Of a stretch of 64,000 nt of DNA, positions 26,373 to 35,105 are shown one piece after another. The notes under the pieces were generated by a model. The model made no database searches and had not been told where the DNA came from. It saw nothing but the letters and a program-made list of their open reading frames with translations. The position numbers were made by a program, and so were the translations under genes. Every line of letters starts with the position of its first letter. The first letter of the stretch is position 1. Source of the DNA: a virus (taxonomy: Duplodnaviria; Caudoviricetes); the IMG/VR virus record IMGVR_UViG_651703099_000001, positions 8,333 to 72,332 of that record. One strand, given 5' to 3'.

Positions 26373-26822
26373 ATGGCCGCACATCACTCCTACTGGGACA
26401 AGCCGTGCCCCAGTTGCGGAATTGTCCGCACCATTCGGAAAGACAGACCCGTAACCCACTGCAGATCCTGTGCCAGCAAGGCCCGTGCTGCCCTCAGGAA
26501 AGAGCAGGGGCTATCGGTCGGTCTCGAGCCGAAATACGGCCTGGGTGTCAAGAAGGATCCCACCTACAAGGGCGCCTACAGCAGCTACACCAAGGCTAAG
26601 CAGCGGTGTAAGACCAACCACAAAGGTGCCTACGCCAACATCGAGTTCCGTTTCGAGTCGTTCGACCAGTGGTTTGCCGAGCTTGGCCCTCGCCCTGAAG
26701 GTATGACGGTCGACCGTATCGACAATAACGGCCACTACGAACCAGGCAATGTTCGCTGGGCCACCCATGAGCAGCAGTGCGTCAACAGGGGCCCCAGGGG
26801 CAGGCATACTAAGACATGGTAG
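26373..26822 (+). CDS. HNH homing endonuclease with an N-terminal zinc ribbon
   Basis: CPSC/CRSC, GPRPEGMTVDRIDNNGHYEPGNVRWAT; TGGTATACTG at 26339. Confidence 0.85.
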   Translation: MAAHHSYWDKPCPSCGIVRTIRKDRPVTHCRSCASKARAALRKEQGLSVGLEPKYGLGVKKDPTYKGAYSSYTKAKQRCKTNHKGAYANIEFRFESFDQWFAELGPRPEGMTVDRIDNNGHYEPGNVRWATHEQQCVNRGPRGRHTKTW

Positions 26823-27004
26823 CCCCCAAGCCCAGTAACCATACTGCCGTTCTCAGCCTGTTGGCAGTGCTGATGTGTTCACACCTGACATTCCTGGGTC
26901 TGAACGCAAAGAACAGTCCCGAGGGACCGCAGCTTTTCCAGCGTGCCTCCGAGACCTACGTTGCCATCCTGCTGGCTCTACTGACACCCCTCGCGCCTAA
27001 GTAG
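26816..27004 (+). CDS. small 2-TM protein (holin candidate)
   Basis: Two hydrophobic segments; late motif GGCATACTAA at 26803. Confidence 0.45.
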   Translation: MVAPKPSNHTAVLSLLAVLMCSHLTFLGLNAKNSPEGPQLFQRASETYVAILLALLTPLAPK

Positions 27005-27162
27005 TGGAACACCTGCGACCGATCCTTGACACGATGATCGGCCTGGCACTGATGGAGGTGATTGTTAAGCCTGTTGTCGTGCGCTACAGCAAGAAACTGC
27101 TTAAACTTGTCGACAACCACGTCAAGTGGATTCCTGACTGGCTATACAAAAGGCCAGGATAG
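27004..27162 (+). CDS. 52-aa hypothetical protein
   Basis: TAGTG coupling; open to TAG 27162. Confidence 0.45.
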   Translation: MEHLRPILDTMIGLALMEVIVKPVVVRYSKKLLKLVDNHVKWIPDWLYKRPG

Positions 27163-27333
27163 CTCAACATCCCCTTGCCAGGCATCGTCTGACAGGGGGA
27201 TTGCTTTTGCGTAAGTGCTAAACACCTCGAACATGGTCTCCGTGGTCAGGCCACACTGCTTGGCTGCATTTGGTACGTTGCTTTTACCGCGGAACAGCAG
27301 GTCACAGGCTTGTCTCGTCGTCAGCTTTGTCAT
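27142..27333 (-). CDS. small HTH-like hypothetical protein
   Basis: NVPNAAKQCGLT helix-turn-helix pattern. Confidence 0.5.
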   Translation of the reverse strand: MTKLTTRQACDLLFRGKSNVPNAAKQCGLTTETMFEVFSTYAKAIPLSDDAWQGDVELSWPFV

Positions 27334-27613
27334 ACCAGGGCGCTTTAATCTCTAGCATACCACCAAGCAGTTCCTGGGCCTTACTGCCGTCAGGTTCGTG
27401 CTCGATGATGATGGGCTTTGGTTCATCCTTGGCCCATTGTTCTTGAATCTCTTCGACCTGGCGATCCACGTCCTGCATGGTCGCGCCAGTCCTGTATTCG
27501 ACCCAGAAGTCGAACCAGTAGTCATGTACCTTCTGGAGCCACGGGTTTTGGCGATAGTACCCGTAACCCCATAAGATGCGAATGATCTCTACAGCGAGAC
27601 CGCGCCAGTTCAC
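27302..27613 (-). CDS. hypothetical protein
   Basis: Coupled to 27613..27753 by TAGTG. Confidence 0.55.
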   Translation of the reverse strand: MNWRGLAVEIIRILWGYGYYRQNPWLQKVHDYWFDFWVEYRTGATMQDVDRQVEEIQEQWAKDEPKPIIIEHEPDGSKAQELLGGMLEIKAPWYDKADDETSL

Positions 27614-27753
27614 TAGGGCTTCTCGGGGCGAGGGAATGCCTTCATTAGGGCGTTCAGGATGGCTTCCACGACACCGTTACCTTTCAGCGGTGTGTATGGG
27701 ATTATTTCTGAGGAGATGAACAGGATCAGACCTGCGAGAGCGGCGAATTCCAT
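27613..27753 (-). CDS. 46-aa membrane peptide (holin-like) MEFAALAGLILFISSEIIPYTPLKGNGVV...
   Basis: Hydrophobic N-terminus with an SE...LKxNG pattern; minus-strand late motif GGCAAACTAT at 27774-27783. Confidence 0.6.
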   Translation of the reverse strand: MEFAALAGLILFISSEIIPYTPLKGNGVVEAILNALMKAFPRPEKP

Positions 27754-27776
27754 GAGGCGAGCTATATTCGGCCATA

Positions 27777-27841
27777 GTTTGCCAATCGGCATCCTAGACC
27801 TGACGGCCCTGGTTTGCCAATCGGCATCCTAGACCTGACGG
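27777..27841 (+). repeat. perfect 30-bp direct repeat GTTTGCCAATCGGCATCCTAGACCTGACGG x2
   Basis: Copies at 27777-27806 and 27812-27841, each containing late motif GGCATCCTAG. Confidence 0.95.
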
Positions 27842-27854
27842 GTTAGTGGCCGCA

Positions 27855-29234
27855 ATGATTCTTAGCTCTGCCGATATCCTGCGCGTTCTCGGCGGCAGCG
27901 AGATCATCCGCCTGTCAGCCAAACTCAAAATTGTTGATGCCAAGCCTGCGCTAAGTGGCGCGGAGGGGCTGTTCATATATATTGGCAAGTTTCCCGAGCT
28001 TGAAGAGTTTGAGGCGACCTGGACGATCTGGATTGAGAGCGATGGCAGTGAGCCAGACGACTTGGTGATTGCCGAGATCAAGAAGCTCCTGCCCAGGGTG
28101 GAGGTGCGCTCCGGCCTGATGGCAGAGGTGACCACAACCGAGTTTCGCACAGAGGGCACTCAGGGCCCGCCAGAGGCGCCTCAGATTCAAAAAGTAGAAG
28201 TAGACCTGACTCAGTACGAAGAGCGCTTCCAGGCCCTCGTAGAGGACGTACAGGATCGAATGCTGCTCGTTAGCAGCGGAAGGGCTGGGAAGGACGGTCA
28301 GGACGGTCGCGATGGTGCCGACGGGCGAGATGGTCGCGACGGACGCGATCTGGTAGCTACCGAAGCCAACCTAGAAGATCTGCAGAACGTAGAGGAGGGA
28401 ATCTTCAAAAAAAAGGGCCAGGTGCTCACTTGGGACGGCTCCAGGTGGACCAACCTGTTCATCCCCCAGGTCTATTCCGCTGGCGGCGACAATGGCGGCA
28501 TCGCGAGCGGAAACGATGCCGTTAGCGCAACGGTTCAGTGGAGGTTTCACGAAGAGGGTATCGGCGCCGAGCCGCACTCGGGTGACTTCCACACCGATTC
28601 TCTGGACGGTGAACTTGTAACAAAGATCCACGTCAGCAAGGAGACTAATAGGGGCAACGACATCAGCCTACTGATTAACGACCTGCTCAGCCAAGGCTAC
28701 GACCGCCTGTATGTGGCGCAATCGGCCGATCTGTCGCAGGCGCACTTGTATCAGATCACCGGCTATCTGCCCACGGCCGCTGGTACGGAGCTGACCGTCC
28801 TGCACATCCAAACTGCTGGCACAGAGCCAGACTATGTGCCGAACGCGAACTACGAGTTCTATATTAGCAAGTCGTCCTCGGGTAATGGCATCCCAGAGGC
28901 CCCTGTTAATGGCCAGACCTATGTGCGTCAGGATAGCGCTTGGGTGCCAAGAACTATCATCCCAGAGGCCCCTGTTGATGGCCAGACCTATGTGCGTCAG
29001 GATAGTACCTGGGTGCCAAAAACTATCATCCCAGAGGCCCCTGTTGACGGCCAGGCTTATGTGCGCCAGAATAGCACCTGGGTGCCAACAACTACAGTTC
29101 CTGTCGACATCTCCAATAACGCCCTTGGAGAACTGAGCGACGTCAACGTGCCTACTCCGGACGCTGGCGAGGCCCTGATTTTCAATGGCACCGAGTGGGC
29201 TGCTGGTGGCGATTTCAGCGGCGGCAGCTTCTAG
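27855..29234 (+). CDS. fibre/adaptor protein with collagen-like and EAPxDG repeats
   Basis: GKDGQDGRDG triplets, PEAPVDGQTYVRQDSTW x3, LGELSDV, C-terminal SGGSF. Confidence 0.75.
   Translation: MILSSADILRVLGGSEIIRLSAKLKIVDAKPALSGAEGLFIYIGKFPELEEFEATWTIWIESDGSEPDDLVIAEIKKLLPRVEVRSGLMAEVTTTEFRTEGTQGPPEAPQIQKVEVDLTQYEERFQALVEDVQDRMLLVSSGRAGKDGQDGRDGADGRDGRDGRDLVATEANLEDLQNVEEGIFKKKGQVLTWDGSRWTNLFIPQVYSAGGDNGGIASGNDAVSATVQWRFHEEGIGAEPHSGDFHTDSLDGELVTKIHVSKETNRGNDISLLINDLLSQGYDRLYVAQSADLSQAHLYQITGYLPTAAGTELTVLHIQTAGTEPDYVPNANYEFYISKSSSGNGIPEAPVNGQTYVRQDSAWVPRTIIPEAPVDGQTYVRQDSTWVPKTIIPEAPVDGQAYVRQNSTWVPTTTVPVDISNNALGELSDVNVPTPDAGEALIFNGTEWAAGGDFSGGSF
28890..29093 (+). repeat. 3 x 69-bp tandem repeat (IPEAPV(N/D)GQ(T/A)YVRQ...)
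   Basis: Units start at 28890, 28959, 29028. Confidence 0.9.
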
Positions 29235-29241
29235 GGCTTTA

Positions 29242-29251
29242 GGCATACTAT
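29242..29251 (+). promoter_or_regulatory. putative late promoter GGCATACTAT
   Basis: Recurrent motif before ATG 29275. Confidence 0.7.
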
Positions 29252-29274
29252 GAAAGATCATTCCCTGAGTTGCT

Positions 29275-30399
29275 ATGTCCAACGCTATTCGCATTAAAAA
29301 AAGAGCGGCTGGCGGCGCTGCCGGAGCTCCATCAGCACTTCGCAGTTCTGAGCTAGCTTTTAACGAGCAGGATCTAACGCTTTATTACGGCTCTGGCGAC
29401 GACGGCAGCGCCAATGCCACGTCAATCATTGCAATCGCAGGCGCGGGGGCGTATGTCTCCCTGGGCACTACTCAGACCGTCTCTGGCGACAAGACATTTA
29501 CAGGCTCGGTTGACCTGACAGGCGCAACCGCCACCGCTGCAACTCAGGCCACTGGCACCAACAACACAACGATCGCCACAACGGCCTTCGTTGCTGACGC
29601 TATCTCCGGGGTCTATGTTGACCCCCTGACCACCGACGGTGACATCGTTGTCCGATCGGGTGGAAGCACGACTCGACTGGGTATTGGATCCGCTGGCCAG
29701 GTCCTGACCGTTGTTGGTGGCATTCCCGCATGGCAGGACACGGCAAATGCAGGGACCCTCAACATCGCAGCCGACGGCGCATTCTCTGGCTCTGTCGACC
29801 TTGATACCCAGACGCTGTCGATCGTCGGCGGGACTGGCCTGACTACATCTGGCTCAGGGCAAACGATCACCGTCGACCTAGACGACACCGCCGTTACTCC
29901 AAACTCCTACGGAGCGGCTGGCAGTGTTGCAACATTTACTGTTGACCAGCAAGGCCGTCTGACAGCGGCGGGAACCACCGCAATCTCTATCACCAGCTCA
30001 CAAGTTAGTGACCTGGGCACGACCCTCGGGGACTACGTCAGTAAGACCGCCACTGGCACCGAGTCAATGGTCGGCTCCCTGACCATCGGCGGGAACCTGA
30101 CCGTCAACGGCACTACAACCACCATCAACACTCAGGAAGTGTTGGTCGAGGACAAGAACATTGTCCTTGGCAACGTCACCACGCCGACAGACGTCACGGC
30201 AGACGGTGGTGGTATCACGCTTCTCGGCGCTACCAACAAGACCATTAACTGGGTTGATGCTACCGATGCCTGGACCCTTTCGGAGCATGTCAACATAGCG
30301 GCCACCAAAGAATACCGCATGAACGGTACAGCGGTTCTTGCCTACAACGGCGCAACTCGGGTCTTGGATAACGTAGAGATCGACGGCGGGACCTTCTGA
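29275..30399 (+). CDS. fibre protein
   Basis: IRIKKR..ELAFNE N-terminus, TTIATTAFV, GNLTVNGTTTTIN..VEDKNI, C-terminal IDGGTF. Confidence 0.85.
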   Translation: MSNAIRIKKRAAGGAAGAPSALRSSELAFNEQDLTLYYGSGDDGSANATSIIAIAGAGAYVSLGTTQTVSGDKTFTGSVDLTGATATAATQATGTNNTTIATTAFVADAISGVYVDPLTTDGDIVVRSGGSTTRLGIGSAGQVLTVVGGIPAWQDTANAGTLNIAADGAFSGSVDLDTQTLSIVGGTGLTTSGSGQTITVDLDDTAVTPNSYGAAGSVATFTVDQQGRLTAAGTTAISITSSQVSDLGTTLGDYVSKTATGTESMVGSLTIGGNLTVNGTTTTINTQEVLVEDKNIVLGNVTTPTDVTADGGGITLLGATNKTINWVDATDAWTLSEHVNIAATKEYRMNGTAVLAYNGATRVLDNVEIDGGTF

Positions 30400-30412
30400 T
30401 TTTCGCTAAAAC

Positions 30413-30422
30413 GGAATACTAC
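30413..30422 (+). promoter_or_regulatory. putative late promoter GGAATACTAC
   Basis: Recurrent motif before ATG 30466. Confidence 0.65.
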
Positions 30423-30465
30423 AGGGACCGTATATACGGACCTTTTTCATTGCTAGATAGCAGCC

Positions 30466-31584
30466 ATGGCTAACTTGATCAAACTGCGTCGCAGTGCCGT
30501 CCAAGGCAATATCCCTACGACGGCCCAGATCGCACTAGGCGAGCTTGCTTTGAACACATACGACGGCAAGTTGTATGCAAAGAAGTCGGTTGGCGGTGTT
30601 GAGTCAATCGTTGAGCTGAGCGGTGGCGGAGGAGGCGGCGGGACCACCGGTACGCCTCTGCGCTATTTGCACGTTGACGGCACAACTACTCAGAACCTGT
30701 CAACAACAGAAGTCACGCTCGACTTTGACACCACCATCACCTCCTCCGGCGCGGGTGACTTCACCGTAGGGAGCGGCGGCGAGATCACCGTACTCAACAA
30801 CGGTACTTACTACGTTGAGTACAGCGCCACAGGCGACCAGACATCAGGCAACAACCGTGTGATAGTGTTCGCGCACCTTGAGGTGAACGGAACCGTTGTC
30901 ACGGGCTCGCAGGCCAGTGTTTACTCCAGGAACATAGCTGATGGTGCGTTTAGCGCCGTTGGCTCATCCGTCGTCAACTTAAACGCAAACGATGTAATTA
31001 GGGTTAGGGCAAGCAGTGATATAAACTCGATTATTGCCACCATCGACAACAGCATTTCTGGCTTGTCGATATTCAGCCTTAGCGGCTCTGGGCCTCAGGG
31101 AGAGCAGGGAATTCAGGGCCCGCAAGGAATTCAAGGCGAGCCAGGAATTCAAGGTGAGCAAGGAATTCAAGGCCCGCAAGGAATTCAAGGCGAGCCAGGA
31201 ATTCAAGGTGAGCAAGGAATTCAAGGCGAGCAAGGAATTCAAGGCGAAACCGGTCCGGCCGGGCCAACCGGGCCAGCGGGTCCTAGTGATATTCCCCAGA
31301 ATGCAAAGACCACCTCTTACACGCTTATCAGTAGTGACAATGGCAAGCACATCAGCATTACCACTGGAGGCGTGACTGTACCCAGCGGGGTATTCAGCTC
31401 TGGCAACGTTATCTCTGTCTATAACAACAGCAGCACGGCGCAGACCGTCACACAGGGCACTGGGGTGACCTTGCGCACAGGGGGCACCGCCACCACAGGG
31501 AACGTGACGCTAAGCCAGAGGGGGTTATGCACGATCCTCTGTGTTTCGTCTAACGAGTTCGTCGTTACGGGGCATATTTCCTGA
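30466..31584 (+). CDS. fibre protein with a C1q/BclA-like domain and collagen repeat
   Basis: [27 protein letters not shown] jelly-roll pattern, (GxQ)n. Confidence 0.85.
   Translation: MANLIKLRRSAVQGNIPTTAQIALGELALNTYDGKLYAKKSVGGVESIVELSGGGGGGGTTGTPLRYLHVDGTTTQNLSTTEVTLDFDTTITSSGAGDFTVGSGGEITVLNNGTYYVEYSATGDQTSGNNRVIVFAHLEVNGTVVTGSQASVYSRNIADGAFSAVGSSVVNLNANDVIRVRASSDINSIIATIDNSISGLSIFSLSGSGPQGEQGIQGPQGIQGEPGIQGEQGIQGPQGIQGEPGIQGEQGIQGEQGIQGETGPAGPTGPAGPSDIPQNAKTTSYTLISSDNGKHISITTGGVTVPSGVFSSGNVISVYNNSSTAQTVTQGTGVTLRTGGTATTGNVTLSQRGLCTILCVSSNEFVVTGHIS
31090..31283 (+). repeat. collagen-coding 18-bp-period repeats (GGAATTCAAGG..)
   Basis: [18 protein letters not shown] tandem units. Confidence 0.9.
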
Positions 31585-32996
31585 TGGGTATTCACCAGGC
31601 ACTGTTTGTATCCATCCCGGCTGGAGGCACCGGACCTGCACTTGGCTTATCCGATTCGCTATTGCAGGTGACTGGATTTGGGACCACTTACACCCAGCGG
31701 AGCGTAGACCTAAGCGCCTACGCGAACTCGACCGTCCGGTTGGTCTGGAGGGTTGTTCAAGGCTTTGACTCCGCTACTGAGATTCGGATAGACAGTATTG
31801 CAATATCAGCAGAGTCAATATCGTATACTTTTAGCGCTGACAACGAATCGTTTGAGACAAGTACAAGCAGCAATACAAACTATTCAAACATAACATTCTC
31901 CTCTGTGCAAAACACGAACACGCAGGGGAGATGGTATAGGAACGCCTTGTTTGGGGGGCAGAATGACAACAGCCGCGTAAGCACGGTTTCCCAGACCTTT
32001 GGATTTTTCGGGTATAACTTCTGGCTGAGAAGCCCAGAAATCACTTTAGGATCAAGCCCAGGAAGCGCCACCTTCTATGAGTTGAGGGATCACTCAGACG
32101 ATGGCACAACGATAGATTTCTACGTTGATGTGATCTCAACCTCCGGCGGCGGTGGCGGCGGTGGCGGCGGTGGTGGTGGAAGCGCCACACCGGATCACAG
32201 CATCTTCACGTCGTCTACATCTTGGACGGTGCCAACAAACGTCACCAGCGTTGCGATTCTGTGTGTCGGCGCTGGCGGCGGTGGTGGTGGCTGTGATGAC
32301 GATGATGAGACAGGTGGCGGCGGTGGTGGAGGCGCCCTGGCTTACGCCAACAGCATCTCCACGACTCCAGGGGAAACGCTCACGATCACGGTTGGAACCG
32401 GCGGAAGCGGTGGAGGTTCCGGGGGTGGCAACGGCGGTGCCGGCGGAAACAGCTCTGTTAGTCGTGGCGCCACCGTTCTTTGCTCAGCCGGCGGCGGTAG
32501 CGGCGGTCTAGGCGGGCGGTCGAGCTCAAACGCCGCTGGAGGCACGGTGATTACTGGCACCGGCGGTGCGGGGGGTGCTGGTGGCAGCGGTTCCAACAGA
32601 GACACCAATTTCGCTGGTGGCGGTGGTGGCGCCGGTGGCTACGCCGGATCGGGTGGTGCTGGTGGTAACCAGGGCGTCACGAACGGTGCCACCGCCGGCA
32701 GCGGTGGTGGCGGTGGTGGTGGTGGTCGCTCCACCGCTCGGGCAAGCATTGGCGCGGGCGGCGGTGTGGGGATCTACGGCCAGGGCACCAATGGAACAGC
32801 CGGACAAGATTTTCAGGATGGGGGCGGCGGTTCCGGCGGTTCCGGCGGCAACGGCATCGGCGGCCTCTATGGAGGTGGCGGTGGCGGTGGCCCTGACCAG
32901 CAGGCCGGCTACTCCGGCGCTAACGGTGCCGTCCGCATTTTGTGGGGCACCGGCCGCTCGTTCCCGTCCACCAACGTGAGCAGCGCTTCTGCGTAA
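31584..32996 (+). CDS. glycine-rich fibre tip/adhesin
   Basis: SWTVPTNVTSVAILCVGAGGGGG...GANGAVRILWG glycine-rich domain. Confidence 0.8.
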   Translation: MGIHQALFVSIPAGGTGPALGLSDSLLQVTGFGTTYTQRSVDLSAYANSTVRLVWRVVQGFDSATEIRIDSIAISAESISYTFSADNESFETSTSSNTNYSNITFSSVQNTNTQGRWYRNALFGGQNDNSRVSTVSQTFGFFGYNFWLRSPEITLGSSPGSATFYELRDHSDDGTTIDFYVDVISTSGGGGGGGGGGGGSATPDHSIFTSSTSWTVPTNVTSVAILCVGAGGGGGGCDDDDETGGGGGGGALAYANSISTTPGETLTITVGTGGSGGGSGGGNGGAGGNSSVSRGATVLCSAGGGSGGLGGRSSSNAAGGTVITGTGGAGGAGGSGSNRDTNFAGGGGGAGGYAGSGGAGGNQGVTNGATAGSGGGGGGGGRSTARASIGAGGGVGIYGQGTNGTAGQDFQDGGGGSGGSGGNGIGGLYGGGGGGGPDQQAGYSGANGAVRILWGTGRSFPSTNVSSASA

Positions 32997-33035
32997 AGGT
33001 GGCCGGCAACTTAGGCGGACGAACAACTGCAGCCG

Positions 33036-33162
33036 GTGACTGAGCACCCAGGTCAACGAAGTAGAAGAGGCCCCACTTGATGGCGAGTACTATGTTCGCC
33101 AAAATGGAGCCTGGGTAAACATTAAGACAGCACTTACTGCCCTTAATGTGACCTGGAGCTAA
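33036..33162 (+). pseudogene. small EAPxDG-repeat protein interrupted by one extra base
   Basis: EEAPLDGEYYVRQNGAWV is +1 to GTG 33036; deleting one C at 33047-33049 restores the frame; late motif GGCAACTTAG at 33005. Confidence 0.55.
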
Positions 33163-33164
33163 TC

Positions 33165-33174
33165 GGCATCCTAG
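33165..33174 (+). promoter_or_regulatory. putative late promoter GGCATCCTAG
   Basis: Recurrent motif 17 nt before the endolysin ATG. Confidence 0.7.
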
Positions 33175-33191
33175 CGCACTGCTTGCGTGTT

Positions 33192-34343
33192 ATGGAAACC
33201 TCCAAGGCTGGACTTGAGCTTATCAAGAGTTTCGAGGGACTTCGCCTGGAGGCGTACCCGGATCCTGGTACCGGCGGAGAGCCGTGGACCATTGGCTATG
33301 GCCATACTGGTGGCGTGAAGCCTGGTACCAAGATCACCAAGGAAAATGCTGAGCAACTACTGAAGCTGGGCCTGGACCGCTTTGAGCGGGCCGTGGACAA
33401 GCTGATCACGGTGCCCTTGACCCAGAATGAGTTCGACGCGCTCGTCAGTTTCACCTTTAACGTGGGCGAGGGCGCCCTGGAAGACAGCACACTTCGCAAA
33501 CGCTTAAATAAGGGCGAGCCTAAGGCCACTGTATTAAAGGAAGAGCTGCCTCGCTGGAATAAGGGCGGCAGTGGTGTAATGGAAGGCCTGGTACGCCGTC
33601 GGGCCGCGGAAGTCAAGCTGGCCACCGAGCAAGTCACCGAGCAAGTGTCATTCCTGGAGAAGGCCGCAATCCACTACAAGGGCGAGCCTCATCAGTTGGC
33701 CGCGTACCGCTGGCTGGAGTCCGTGCTGGACAAAGAAACCCTGGAGGGCTTCAAGGCCCGCTACAGGGGCGCACAGGCGCCTGTGGTGGAGCGTCCGCCG
33801 CTTATCGCTAAGTTCCCGTTAGATGTGCCGTATTTTCACCAGCGAGATAGCAAGACTGGCCACGGTGAGCGGATGTGCTTCTCCAGCTCCATGGCAATGG
33901 CCATTGAGTACCTGGACCCAGAGGCCATCGACGGTGACGACGATACCTACTTGCGTCAAGTATTTAAGTACGGCGACACTGTCTCCTCTGATGCTCAGAT
34001 CAAGGCCGCCAGGTCGCTGGGCGTTCCCGCAAAATTCAGGACCGATGGGACCGAAGAGGACCTGGAGCGTCTGCTCGACGAAGGCATCCCCGTGCCTATC
34101 GGCATCTTGCATAAAGGTCATGTTACAAAGCCGACAGGTGGTGGCCACTGGATCTGCCTGATTGGCTACGACAAGACCCACTTCTTTGTGCATGATCCGT
34201 TCGGGGAGCTAGACCTGGTCAACGGCGGCTATCCCAAGGCGGGTCCCACTGACGGCAAGAACCAGCGCTACAGCAAAAAGAATCTGCTAGGCCGCTGGCT
34301 GATTCGGAGTGATCATGATGGTTGGTTTGTCGAATTTGACTAA
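33192..34343 (+). CDS. endolysin: GH24 lysozyme plus C39-like peptidase domain
   Basis: FEGLRLEAYPD..WTIGYGHT, FDALVSFTFNVG, GLVRRRAAE; VPYFHQ..MCFSSS..GHWI..VHDP. Confidence 0.92.
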   Translation: METSKAGLELIKSFEGLRLEAYPDPGTGGEPWTIGYGHTGGVKPGTKITKENAEQLLKLGLDRFERAVDKLITVPLTQNEFDALVSFTFNVGEGALEDSTLRKRLNKGEPKATVLKEELPRWNKGGSGVMEGLVRRRAAEVKLATEQVTEQVSFLEKAAIHYKGEPHQLAAYRWLESVLDKETLEGFKARYRGAQAPVVERPPLIAKFPLDVPYFHQRDSKTGHGERMCFSSSMAMAIEYLDPEAIDGDDDTYLRQVFKYGDTVSSDAQIKAARSLGVPAKFRTDGTEEDLERLLDEGIPVPIGILHKGHVTKPTGGGHWICLIGYDKTHFFVHDPFGELDLVNGGYPKAGPTDGKNQRYSKKNLLGRWLIRSDHDGWFVEFD

Positions 34344-34377
34344 TTTTTAGGTAACCTTCTGGCGACGTAGTAAGATC

Positions 34378-34587
34378 ATGAAAGTCCTCGGTTTTCTACC
34401 TGGCTACTATTGGACAGGAAGCACGTTGAAAAGCACGGGTTCTGCCCTGTCTCCGACGCAGCACATGGACCCAGAGACTGGAGAAGTGTTTTATTACGTC
34501 AGACCTTACTTTGACTGCGGCCCTACTGTTGGCCTGTACATCAAGCGGTCTGGACTGATGCGAGCTATCGCTGAAGGGCGGGCATGA
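34378..34587 (+). CDS. hypothetical protein
   Basis: ORF before the convergent terminator. Confidence 0.5.
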   Translation: MKVLGFLPGYYWTGSTLKSTGSALSPTQHMDPETGEVFYYVRPYFDCGPTVGLYIKRSGLMRAIAEGRA

Positions 34588-34614
34588 AAAAAGGGAGCCG
34601 AAGCTCCCTCTTTT
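34587..34614. terminator. bidirectional terminator
   Basis: A-tract, AGGGAGC-CGAA-GCTCCCT, T-rich tail, between convergent units. Confidence 0.8.
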
Positions 34615-34658
34615 CTTTCCCCCTTGAACCCCCCACGGGCTCCTCTCCAGTATACTGG

Positions 34659-35105
34659 TCAGTCGTCGTCTTCGTCGGACTCACGGCCGTAGCTGAGTCC
34701 CGTACCTGATTCCACCACGTCCTTGAGGTACTGGTGGACGCTGTCCTCATCCCAGTCGCAGTCGTTGAGCAGTGCGTTGCCGATTGCGTTCAGGGCCTGG
34801 GTGTGCTGGTCGGTCCAGTCGCCGTTCTCGAGGGCGTGCTCCTTGAGCTTGGTTGCATTGGAGAGCAGTTCCAGTTCGGTGGCCTGCTGCTCGAGTTCGA
34901 GTTGGGCCGCCTCTTCTGCGAGCTGCTCCTCGAAGCGCTCCTCGTCAACCTTCTTCATCAGGTAGATCCCGAGCTTGGCGACACCAGTCCTGGTCAAGCT
35001 GCCCAGGAATGCCACCACCCAGAGAATGACCTGGACGCTTTTGTCGATCAGGAAGATCGTAGCAAAGCTGCCAACGGCGACAGCATCAAAAAGCAGCTTT
35101 TTCAT
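34659..35105 (-). CDS. membrane-anchored acidic protein
   Basis: Start MKKLLF overlaps the helicase end; hydrophobic N-terminus. Confidence 0.6.
   Translation of the reverse strand: MKKLLFDAVAVGSFATIFLIDKSVQVILWVVAFLGSLTRTGVAKLGIYLMKKVDEERFEEQLAEEAAQLELEQQATELELLSNATKLKEHALENGDWTDQHTQALNAIGNALLNDCDWDEDSVHQYLKDVVESGTGLSYGRESDEDDD

Noticed and set aside
31090-32900. Collagen and GGC/GGT repeats as non-coding repeats
   Set aside because: Fully explained by Gly-rich coding sequence
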